The notes beneath the pieces are model-generated. The model saw nothing but the letters and a program-made list of their open reading frames with translations. It did no database searches and had not been told where the DNA came from. 64,000 bases of DNA from Octopus vulgaris (lineage: Eukaryota): assembly GCA_951406725.2 (NCBI GenBank), contig OX597818.1, positions 118,854,001-118,918,000 of the forward strand, written 5' to 3'. Of this stretch, positions 26,800-42,747 are shown one piece after another. The position numbers and the translations under genes are program-made. Positions within the stretch are counted from its first letter, which is position 1. Each line of letters opens with the position of its first letter.

Positions 26800-27810
26800 C
26801 ATATGTATGTATAAAGATACATGCGCGTGTGTGCGTGTATGTGTGTGTGCCTGTGTCTGTGTCTGGGTGCATATCTATAGATATATTTTCATTGATTCGA
26901 AATACACTTCGGGAATTTTCGAACACCGTGTACATATTAACGTTCCTTTAACTCAATACATGTCTCCATATCACAAGCGTAAAATATATGGAATAATAAT
27001 TAAATGTATATGATATAAAAATCCAAGTGTATATATAATTGATGAGGCAATGATGATATCTAATTTTACTTCCTTCTAACTTTCCTACTGAAAATTTAAT
27101 GCATCTTTCCTAACCGTTTCTCACTCTGTTTCCCATCCATTGAGTGACTATCACGTCCACCACGTTCCTGTATTTTTCATACTTCTCTTTTTCATTCTCT
27201 TAGTCTTTATCGGACGCTAACTTTTTCTGTAGAAGGCAAAAATTGCTAACACTAATTTCTTCACTATCTCACATATATTCCGAATATCTTTGACCTTCTT
27301 AGATCTCCAAACATCTAAAAAAGAAATAATAATAATAACTTGTATTAGTAAATTTTGAGAACAATATGCGCATATTCTCGAATTTTCTATACATATTCTT
27401 GACTTAGTCACCCCTGTCTTTTGCATCAAAAATCCTTTGTTAATGAAACGAAATGCATCTATTGTAACAAAGATTTCTAACATACATCAAATACGCGAAA
27501 ATACCTGAAATTCAGGTGAGGTTAGCTTCAAGGTTAAAACGAGTTAGAAAAGATTGAGAGCGTCAATTTTCAAATCGATGCTTTCAGATAAATCGTGGAA
27601 CCATTTTTTGCTGATGACATAGAAGATAAGTAGAATTAAAAGTTTTAAATCACAGGAAGCAGAGAAATAAGGAAATTTGCACTGCACTTCAAATACAAAA
27701 GAACTAGAAACCCGCATATTCACACGCATATTCGCGTACATACATAAACGTATCTATGCCTATGTAACAATCTCTCCCTCACACACTCTCTCTCGTTCGC
27801 TCGGTCCTTG

Positions 27811-27841
<31 letters not shown>

Positions 27842-27856
27842 GTGTGTGTTTGTGTA

Positions 27857-27899
<43 letters not shown>

Positions 27900-28856
27900 T
27901 TGTATTCGATCTTGTGTGTAGCTTTACACTTGTTACTAACGTTGTTCCATAATTTCGTATGATTTCCCAGGTTTTCGTTTAGGAAACTGGTTTTTCAAAA
28001 TTTACCATCGCTGTTTCAAGACCTTTGTCACTTCACATCCAAGAAGGAATTTGTATTTGCGCATGTTGAGACAAATGTAAAATCCGATGCAACTAATACA
28101 AATTGCAGCGTTGTGGCTATTCGTGTACTATCACTGTTGAAAGTGGCATTTTGACCTTTAAATTTCTTCGGTTATGGCTACGCGTTTGCTTTCCATTTTG
28201 AACTGATGGGTGACTTCTATCTTTAGTTCATACTGTGTTGTACAACAAATTTTAACTTACAACAATAGCTGAATTTCTACAAGTAAAATTCTGCACTATA
28301 CTCTATAATCATGCTGAATTTTAATAATGGCTAATTGCAAAGAATTTCGCCATCGATCTATTTATAGGCTAATTAAAGCTATTACATATACAGGGCTTAC
28401 TTAAAAGTTAGTCAAGTATCTACAATCTCGCGATATATATTAAAGTGGTATTTACCTAACAATAGTTTCAACTGTCTTTGCTCCTTCATCAGTAGCAGTT
28501 ACACAACTCATGGAATTGGAATTTAAATAAGACCATTATTATTTAGCGTACATATGAATGAGGGACATTAATTTGATTATTTGACACATATTTTCGCATT
28601 TATTGTTAAGTAAATCCCAGCAGTACCACCAATTATGTAAATTAAATTATGTCAGCAATATTCATTTATCATGTTGAAATTTTCTTTGAAGTCAATACCA
28701 AGATGGTGATTATCATGGCATTTCTAAATTGATTGAACATATTCGATATTTAGACGGTCGAAGGCTTGTCAGGTTTATACAACTTCGTACGGGATAGTAA
28801 ACGTTGATATCTATTTATCTATCTATATATATGTATATATATACATACATACATAC

Positions 28857-28927
<71 letters not shown>

Positions 28928-29069
28928 AAATGGATAAATGAATTATCTCGTTACGGATTATTCAAAAGATAACCGATACCTGGGTAGAATTACAGCCTTT
29001 GAAACATATGTAGAAAATAATAAAGAGGAATTTTGTTAAATCTTCGTTCAGCTCCATTTCTTCCTACAC

Positions 29070-30135
<1,066 letters not shown>

Positions 30136-30602
30136 CTTTGATACTTGGATACTTTGATAAGTTTCGGCCATTATTATTCCAGGCCATGTCTAACTTAATA
30201 GCACCACCTGGTGAAGAAGTCTTTCAAGTCAGAATTTGGGCACTATGGCCCACTCAAGTAGAGAGTTATTGTTTACAGAGACATATCCGGGTGTAGGGGG
30301 TTTATCCGGGATTTCTTGAAGGAATCTGTCCAAAGACTTCTTGAACCCTATAGGGTCAGTTTCTGTTTTAATGTGTTTTGGTGTAATGTTAAAGAGAGCG
30401 GGGCCAATTGAGGTGAAATAATTGTGCCGTATTGTTGTTATGAGATGAGAGTACGATTTTTGTTTTGGGCGGATGGCACGGGGCCCAAGCCTTGGATGTA
30501 CCTTAAAGGTGATGCCAACATCATTTGGGCAATGCTGATGGAATATTTTCCACATCATGCAGATGATGTAGCGCTCACGACGACGATGTAGCGCTCACGA
30601 CG
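30136..30602 (-). mobile_element. Family A 5'-truncated copy A5
   Basis: ORF end ...EWAIVPKF*, 3' UTR with private variants, 8-bp repeat tail. Confidence 0.95.
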
Positions 30603-30681
<79 letters not shown>

Positions 30682-30687
30682 TATATA

Positions 30688-32201
30688 TGATTGATTGATT
30701 GATTGATTGATTCTAGTTTCAGCTTATGAGCTGTGGTCATGCTGGGACACCGCCATTTGGTGTTGCTACTTGGTTTCACTTCATGGAGGCTTTCTAGCAA
30801 CTGCTATTTGGTGCATGAGAGAGTTCGATGCAGCTGCCCTCATCTGCCCCTCCTGCCGTGAAGTTGGTTCATCTGGGACACCTGACAGGAAGAGATCCAG
30901 CTTCATTTTAAAGACATCTGTATCCACCCCATGCAGGTCTCTCAGGTTCTTCGGGAGGATATTGAAGAGCTGTGGGCCTCGGAAGCCCAGGCTATCACAG
31001 AATCTTGTCCTACATCTTGATGGCAGGTTTGGAGTCCTAGGCACCACGCAGTGGCGCCCAGTTCTGGCATTTGCGTAACTCTCGATGCCAAAGTTCAGGA
31101 CACTTCCCTCCAGGATCTTCCAGATGTATATTATGGCATATCTTTCCCGCCTACGCTCCAGGGAATATAATTTTAATCTCTTGAGTCTTTCCCAGTAGCT
31201 TACATTCTGCATAGAGGCTATCTTCTTTGTGTAGCTTCGTTGGATCGCCTCAAGTTCTGTGATCAACTTGACACTGGATGGTGACCATAGCTGAGAGCAA
31301 TAGTCAAAGTGGCTTAGGACAAGTGTCTTCCAGAGGACCATCATGGTTTCTTGTTCTCTTGTTCTAAAGGTTCTAAGAATCCATCCAGCCAGCCGTCTAC
31401 ATTTCATTGTCAGTTTAGCAACATGTACATGAAAGGTCGCGTCATCACTCATGTGAATACCCAAGTCACGCACTGATTGTGCCTCTGGGATTGCAATCCC
31501 TCCGGGTCCAGTGTATTCATTGGGTATTGCATTCAGTTTTGCATGCTGATAGTATAAAGCTTGAAACTTTCCAGCATTGAACTGCATGCTATTCTTTTTC
31601 AGCCCACTTGTATATTTCGTCCAGCTCACATTGCAGGTGTTTAGTGTCCTCAGGGTTCTGTATTGCCTGTGAAACTTTTGTATCATCTGCATAACTTGTG
31701 ATCGTGGCTCTCTGCGTGGCTGAGGGCATGTCTGAGAGGGCCATTATGAACAGTAGTGGTCCCAGAACAGTGCCCTGCGGGAACACCGCTCACTATTTGT
31801 GTGTTAATGGAGGTGGCCCCATTGGCTACTACCACCTGACTTCTATCCTTCAGAAAGTCAAGAAGCCATTCTCCCAGTTTTCCAACTAGGTTGAGATCAC
31901 GCAGTTTGTGACATATCATTCCATGATCGACTTTATCAAAGGCCTTTGCAAAGTCGAGATATATCACTTCCACATTTGAGTGGTTGAGCAGCCGTTTCAG
32001 CACCCAGTCATAGTGTTGTAGGAGCTGAGTTAAACAGCTTCTCCTGGTCGGAAACCATGTTGGGTGTCGGGCAGCAAGTCATTCTCTTCAAGGAAGGTGA
32101 TCAGCTTCCTTCTGACTATTCGTTCCATGACCTTGCTGATGTGTGAGGTCAGAGAGATAGGTCTATAGTTCTTGGCTTCCGCTCTGCTACCTCCTTTTGA
32201 A
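30688..32201 (-). mobile_element. Family B (subfamily 2) 5'-truncated copy B3
   Basis: RT ([17 protein letters not shown]) and C-terminal region; (ATCA)n tail; diagnostic NAGKF/PNEY variants. Confidence 0.95.
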
Positions 32202-33087
<886 letters not shown>

Positions 33088-34861
33088 TTTTCAGCAATAC
33101 CGCTCTGTTTTCATCCTGATATGGCCGATCTGGGCTGTAAGTGATGTCAACCCCCAACACACTATATCGGACATAACGTTTAGTGCCCCTGATGTCTTAG
33201 CGGCGATAAACGAAATAAAACACAATTCAGCAGTAGGCCCCGATAGGTTCCCTGCTTGTGTCCTGAAGGTGTGTCGACACCAACTTGCATCTCCCCTTGC
33301 TAATCTGTGGAGAAACTCACTGGATGCTGGCTATATTCCAAAAAACCTTCTGTCCCAGTCTGTTGTCCCAGTTTTCAAAAAGGGAAACAAGTCCCTTGCC
33401 GTGAATTACCGTCCGATCTCACTCACCTCTCATATCATCAAGGTATTTGAGAGGGTGGTGAGATCTCAAATAATCCAATTTCTGGAAAGCAACAGACGGC
33501 TGATCTCCAACCAACATGGGTTCCGTAATGGAAGGGACTGCCTAACGCAGCTCCTGCATCACTTTGAGGACATTTTGAGAGCTTTGGGAGAGGGCCCAAC
33601 ACCGATGTCATCTACCTTGATTTCAGTAAGGCCTTCGACAGGGTCGATCACAAGATCCTATTGAAAAAACTATCCAACATTGGTGTCTCTGGAAAGTTAC
33701 TGAAATGGATTAAGTGTTTCCTGACAGACAGATCTCAACATGTTGTAGTTGAAGGGGTAAAATCAAGCCCAGCCAAAGTCAGTAGTGGCGTTCCGCAAGG
33801 CACTGTGCTGGGCCCACTTCTTTTCATCATTTACATTAATGACATTAATAACATCATCAAGCACAGCAACATAAAAATCTTTGCAGATGACTCCAAGCTA
33901 CAGAAGGTCATAAATGAGGCGAGTGACCGGACATGCCTTCAGTCAGATCTACTGGCTGTTATCCAATGGGCAGAAAAAAACAATATGCTGCTGAACGAGG
34001 ATAAATTTGAGCTAATCCACTTTGGAAAAGAGGATGCCCTGAAACTCCCATACTCCCTTCCTTCAGGTGAAACTCTCGTGGCGTCCAACAACATCAGAGA
34101 CTTGGGAGTAATTGTGGACAACAACGTAAGCTGGGCCACTCATATAAACACCAAAGTTGACATGGCCCGCAGAATGTGTTCCTGGATTCTCAGAACTTTC
34201 CAGTCGAGAGATATCCACACCATTATCCTTCACTTCTCCACTTTTGCCCGACCCCACCTTGAATACTGTTGTCCACTGTGGTCTCCCCACACAAATACAA
34301 GGTATCATAAAAGTTGAAGCACCTCAAAGGGCAATCACAAAATAGATAGATGGCATGACAGGCCTCAACTATTGGGGTCGACTAGAAAAGCTAAAACTCT
34401 ATTCTCTCCAACGTCGTCGTGAGCGCTACATCATCTGCATGATGTGGAAAATATTCCATCAGCATTGCCCAAATGATGTTGGCATCACCTTTAAGGTACA
34501 TCCAAGACTTGGGCCCCGTGCCATCCGCCCAAACAAAAATCGCACTCTCATCTCATAACAACAATACGGCACAATTATTTCACCTCAATTGGCCCCGCTC
34601 TCTTTAACATTACACCAAAACACATTAAAACAGAAACTGACCCTATAGGGTTCAAGAAGTCTTTGGACAGATTCCTTCAAGAAATCCCGGATAAACCCCC
34701 TACACCCGGATATGTCTCTGTAAACAATAACTCTCTACTTGAGTGGGCCATAGTGCCCAAATTCTGACTTGAAAGACTTCACCAGGTGGTGCTATTAAGT
34801 TAGACATGGCCTGCGCTAAGCAATAATGGCCGAAACCTATCAAAGTATCAAAGTATCAAAG
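33088..34861 (+). mobile_element. Family A 5'-truncated copy A6
   Basis: RT ORF pieces 33269..34558, 3' UTR, tail (TATCAAAG)3. Confidence 0.95.
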
Positions 34862-36189
<1,328 letters not shown>

Positions 36190-36208
36190 TATATATATAA
36201 ATATATAT

Positions 36209-39200
36209 TTGGATTAACTGTTGAAGTGGACGGACGTCTATTTGTTTCTCTCCCAAGTCAGTAGCAAGCTACACAGCTTCAAAACTAACTGACCTTAAAT
36301 ATATATATATTTGTAACCACGTGTTTGCCTACAAACCCGTAAGTACGTTTTCATTTAACTACAAATTGTTATATACACCTGTTTTTCTTTTAATATCCTC
36401 AAACAACCAAATAATCAAAAACTCACACCCTTAAGAGAGAACATTTATATATATATACACTTCTTTAACTCCCAAGAAAGAATATATATATTTTCAAAAA
36501 TCAAAAGGAAAACAAACAAAAGAAAAACAAACATGACTAACTTGCAGGCCTGCAACAGACGAAATTGGTCTGATAACGAAATTGATGTTTTAATAAACAC
36601 ATGGTTCTCTCTTTCCCAAACAGAAAATCTAAATGTCTTGTGTTTGAATGAGATTGCCGAAAAAACATCACAAGTGGTCAACACACGATCCGTCAAACAG
36701 ATTCGTAGCAAGTTGAAACATATCGAAGTATCTTTCAAACTGATAAGAGGCCATTATGAAAAGCTTCTACATATTTTCACAGTTCAAGAACAACAACAGC
36801 TAGAAAATCAGCAGCCACAACAACAACAACAACAGAATGAGCCACTCCTGGTTCCCAGCACAATGGCTGACCCTAACATCGGTCAAGCACAACAACAACA
36901 ACAACAGCCACAGCAACAAGAACAACAACAGCCACTCCTCAACTCTAGCTTACTAGATGATTCACTAAATGCCAGTATCTTTTCACCGCTCTCACAGCAA
37001 CCACCACAATTATCATCATCATCATCACCACCGCTGCCACCATCGTCTTCTATCACCAAAAATACCAACAGAAAACCAAATAAGAAACCACTGCCCTCTT
37101 CCCCCACATCACCACCTCAATACTACTGCAGTAACAAAAACTTAAAGAAACATAGGAAGCAGAATGCGCCCCCCACGGCACAAACAAGAAATCCCCAAAT
37201 ATGCCGCTATTCACTGCGCCAGAGACTCTGCACAAATAGTGACTGCATCTTCACGCATCTACCCGGCACTAGACGCACTACTGGCCAAGGCCAAAGCACG
37301 CATCCCACAATAACATCAACACCACCAAATAGTAAATCGAAATTCAAAACACACACAACTCGGAGTCCCAAAATCTGCCGGTATTCCCAACGTGAGAGAA
37401 CATGTCTACTGAGTGACTGTCCCTTCACTCATCTTCCAGGGACCCGACGCACAAACAGAAACGGGGCCTCAAGCCAACACACAAACCTGAATAACAATAA
37501 AAATAGAAACACACCATGCTGCAGTAATGCTGGTCCAGTCTTTTCAGGAAGACACAAAAACAACAACAACAAAAGTGGAAACTACAACCCTATCCAACAG
37601 TGCAACCACACCTCCAGCCAAAAACTGCTCCCTAAGCAGGAAAATTCTTTATGCCATGTTGAACATGGCAAAAGAGATACACAAAAACATTCTAGCCATC
37701 ACTCAACACCATCCTATGCTATTACCCCAGTGCACCAATTCCCCACATTGCTGCCACTAACACACACAAAAAATCCAAGCCCCCTGCAACAGTCAAAACC
37801 AGCCACTACACTAACCTCCACATTCCTACTCAATGCACAAGGTGTCAGCCCTTCCATCAATGCACAAAAATGGAAGGTCCAATTCATTGAAGACTGGGTT
37901 GGTAACCATTCACACCACATCCCTTTCTTCATTCTCACTGAGACCCACCTTGACAACTCCCACTTGGAAGCCGAAGTGAGAGTGAAGAATTTCACAACCA
38001 TCCGCGCGGATATCGGCAGGAGGAAGGGTGGAACTGCTATTTTCCTGCATGATTCATTTACGGCAGATGGAAATAGTATATTCTCCAACTACTGTGAATC
38101 AGTCACCGTGCACAACAAAGCCAATGACTGACAGTAATTGGGCTCTATAGGCCGCCCCAAACACCCATACTGTGCTTTAAAGAATGCCTCAACAGCATTA
38201 AGTGCTTTATTCAACAGTGCCATTCTAGCAACATACTCATGATGGGAGACTTCAATCTACCCTGTGTTGACTGGACTACAAACTGTTTGAAACCAAGCAC
38301 TCCCGCCTCAACCGCTGACAAAGAAGCAGCAGAGTCACTTTTCGACTTTACGAATGAGTTTTTCTTGTCCCAACTTGTCCTTGCACCAACAAGACATCAG
38401 AACATTTTGGACCTAGTGTTTAGTAACCACACTAACACTATACATAACGTTACAGTGGAAAAAACCCTTCTTTCAGACCATGACATGGTTCTCTGTAACA
38501 TGAAATTCCACCAGCCGAAAGCTAATCCTAGTGACCTTCCTCCAGCCCACCCATTTGACAACATGGATCTCCATAATGCCAACTGGGATGCAATCAGGAA
38601 CGAGCTATCACATGTTGACTGGTCCTTTACACATACACACATCTCCACCAACCATAAAACATCTTGGCAGATCTTTGTAGACACCGTCACAGACATATGT
38701 GCAAAACACTCCCCACCAAGACCTGTGAACAAAAAGTGCAGAATCCCCCAAAACAGAAAAACCATTATCAGAAAAATACAAAAGAACAAACAAAAAAATT
38801 AACAAACTAAAGTACTGCCAACAGCAACACACACATTCGACGGCTATCGCACTGCTTGAATCCAAAAAATATAACCTCCAACAATGCATGAAGACCCTCA
38901 TCAATAACCAAAGATCAGCTGAGGAGAAGTGGGCCATTGAAAAAATCAAACTCAACCCCAAAGTGTTCTTTTCATTTGCGAGGAAACGCAGGGTCACTGT
39001 CTCCACTGTAGGCCCTCTAATTGATGAAACTGGCACTCTCCAAGATAATGCCAAATCCATGGCCGCGATACTGCAGAAACAATACTGCTCTGTTTTCAGC
39101 AATCCTGATATGGCCGATCTGGGCTGTATCAGTGATGTCAACCCCCAACACACTATATCGGACATAACGTTTAGTGCCCCTGATGTCTTAGCGGCGATAA

Positions 39201-40831
39201 ACGAAATAAAACACAATTCAGCAGTAGGCCCCGATAGGTTCCCTGCTTGTGTCCTGAAGGTGTGTCGACACCAACTTGCATCTCCCCTTGCTAATCTGTG
39301 GAGAAACTCACTGGATGCTGGCTATATTCCTAAAAAACCTTCTGTCCCAGTCTGTTGTCCCAGTTTTCAAAAAGGGAAACAAGTCCCTTGCAGTGAATTA
39401 CCGTCCGATCTCACTCACCTCTCATATCATCAAGGTATTTGAGAGGGTGGTGAGATCTCGAATAACCCAATTTCTGGAAAGCAACAGACGGCTGATCTCC
39501 AACCAACATGGGTTCCGTAATGGAAGGGACTGCCTAACGCAGCTCCTGCATCACTTTGAGGACATTTTGAGAGCTTTGGGAGAGGGCTCCAACACCGATG
39601 TCATCTACCTTGATTTCAGTAAGGCCTTCGACAGGGTCGATCACAAGATCCTATTGAAAAAACTATCCAACATTGGTGTCTCTGGAAAGTTACTGAAATG
39701 GATCAAGTGTTTCCTGACAGACAGATCTCAACATGTTGTAGTTGAAGGGGTAAAATCAAGCCCAGCCAAAGTCAGTAGTGGCGTTCCGCAAGGCACTGTG
39801 CTGGGCCCACTTCTTTTCATCATCTACATTAATGACATTAATGACATCATCAAGCACAGCAACATAAAAATCTTTGCAGATGATTCCAAGCTCCAGAAGA
39901 TAATAAATGAGGCGAGTGACCGGACATGCCTTCAGTCAGATCTACTGGCTGTTATCCAATGGGCAGAAAAAAAATTATGCTGCTGAACGAGGATAAATTT
40001 GAGTTAATCCACTTTGGAAAAGAGGATGCCCTGAAACCCCCATACTCCCTTCCTTCAGGTGAAACTCTCGTGGCATCCGACAACATCAGAGACTTGGGAG
40101 TAATTGTGGACAACAACATAAGCTGGGCCACTCATATAAACACCAAAGTTGACATGGCCCGCAGAATGTGTTCCTGGATTCTCAGAACTTTCCAGTCGAG
40201 AGATATCCACACCATTATCCTTCTCTTCTCCACTTTTGTCCGACCCCACCTTGAATACTGTTGTCCACTGTGGTCTCCCCACACAAACAAAGTATCATAA
40301 AAGTTGAAGCACCTCAAAGGGCAATCACAAAAAAGATAGATGGTATGACAGGCCTCGACTATTGGGGTCGACTAAAAAGCTAAAACTTTATTCTCTCCAA
40401 CGTCGCCGTGAGCGCTACATCATCTGCATGATGTGGAAAATATTCCATCAGCATTGCCCAAATGATGTTGGCATCACCTTTAAGGTACATCCAAGGCTTG
40501 GGCCCCGTGCCATCCGCCCAAAACAAAAATCGCACTCTCATCTCATAACAACAATACGGCACAATTATTTCACCTCAATTGGCCCCGCTCTCTTTAACAT
40601 TACACCAAAACACATTAAAACAGAAACTGACCCTATAGAGTTCAAGATGTCTTTGGACAGATTCCTTCAAGAAATCCCGGATAAACACCCTACACCCGGG
40701 TATGTCTCTGTAAACAATAACTCTCTCCTTGAGTGGGCCATAGTGCCCAAATTCTGACTTGAAAGACTTCACCAGGTGGTGCTATTAAGTTAGACATGGC
40801 CTGGGCCAATAATGGCCGAAACCTATCAAAG
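36209..40831 (+). mobile_element. Family A full-length copy A8 with private substitutions
   Basis: 5' end TTGGATTAACTG; ORF 36533..40757 broken by frameshifts; single TATCAAAG tail unit. Confidence 0.96.
36533..40757 (+). pseudogene. Family A polyprotein (Myb-like, CCCH x2, APE, RT), frameshifted
   Basis: ORF 36533..38131 runs uninterrupted from the Myb-like domain into APE motifs (LLNAQG, FILTETHL); downstream pieces carry MGDFN, SDH and FADD. Confidence 0.88.
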
Positions 40832-41241
<410 letters not shown>

Positions 41242-41590
41242 ATAACTTGGCAAATCACTCACAAAACGTAGAAATTGTTACTTTATAGACGCGTACCTGG
41301 ATATTTGCTTATATATATATCAAGTTTTGACACAAAGATCTCTTTCTGCCGAAATGCACGTGGAATCTTATATATATATAAGTACCCAAATTCCTGTTTA
41401 TATATATACAAATTCTTGTTACTGTTAATTTCGTTATATCTATTATCTATAAATTACCTGTTACTCTGTTTATATATATATATATATATATCTATATATC
41501 CATGCATGTGTGTGTGTGTTAGTAGTAGAATCGTATTGTAGTTTATCTTAAGAGACATTGTCTGTAGCGAAATAAATATATATTGCCATT

Positions 41591-41622
<32 letters not shown>

Positions 41623-42441
41623 CTTTGCTTAAACTGTAAACCTCCTGGCGTGTTTTCTTTCAGCTGTTTTATTATTATTATTATTAGAAGTATAGTCGCA
41701 TATATTAGAAGTATAGTATTAGTTATGTTATAGAAGAATTTGTCTGTTGCGGCGGACAAACGTATATATTCCCTTTTCTCTTTTCCTCTGCTTAGATATA
41801 TATGTATATGTATTGTATATGTATGTGTGTGTATGTATTATATGTATTACAAACTCTGTAAAATCTCTTGGCTTGTTTTCTTTCAGCTGTTTTATTATTA
41901 TCACTTGTTAAATATATGTGTGTGTATATATGTGTGTGTGTTATATATATATGTGTGTATGTATATACTACATATATATATATAAACTCTGTAAAACCTC
42001 CTGGCCTGTTTTCTTTCTTTCTTTTCTTTTTCTTTCAGCTGTTTTATTTTATTTTATTTTTCATTTTTATTATTATTATTGTCTTATAATTTCTTATTAT
42101 TACTTTTGTAATATATGTTTATATATGTTTTGTAATATATGCTTATATATTTTCATTATTATTATTGTCTCTTTATATACTCACTTGTTACTCTTGTCTA
42201 TATATGTGCATGTGCACACGTGTGTACATGTGTGTGTGTGTGTGTATACATATGTATGTCCCAATAGCTTCGTTTAGAATTCTATCTGTCTCTTCAGTTC
42301 TCTCCCTTGCGCCCCTCCTTGGCCCAATAGTCTTTTTAGATCTCTCTGTTGCTGCTTCTCTGTCTCTCCCTTTGCGCTTTCTCTCCTGTCTATCTCAGCT
42401 CTCTCTCTAGAGGCTTTCTCTATCTTCCTTCCAGCACTCAG

Positions 42442-42742
42442 TATCTCCTCTTCCTCTTCTCTCTTGCTCTCTTCTCTTGGCTCCCAATCTCTCCTTAAGT
42501 GCATGGACGCTCTCTTTCTCTATTACCCCCCTACCCCCCCTATTGCACTATTGGATTAATATAACTTAATATAATTAGATAGATAGATAGATAGACAACA
42601 TATCTCTCCTCTTCCTCTTCTCTCCTGCTCTCTTCTCTTGGCTCCCAATCTCTCCTTAAGTACATAGACGCTCTCTTTCTCTATTACCCCCCTACTATTG
42701 GATTAATATAACTTAACATAATTAGATAGATAGATAATATAT
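42442..42742 (+). repeat. ~160-bp direct tandem duplication just upstream of the family B ATG
   Basis: TCTCCTCTTCCTCTTCTCTC...GGCTCCCAATCTCTCCTTAAG...GGATTAATATAACTTAA...AGATAGATAG occurs at ~42442 and ~42601. Confidence 0.9.
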
Positions 42743-42747
42743 CAAGA

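Noticed and set aside
28455-28500. CTGATGA...GAAAC hammerhead-like core on the minus strand
   Set aside because: Stems II and III do not pair convincingly; at most a decayed Penelope-like remnant.
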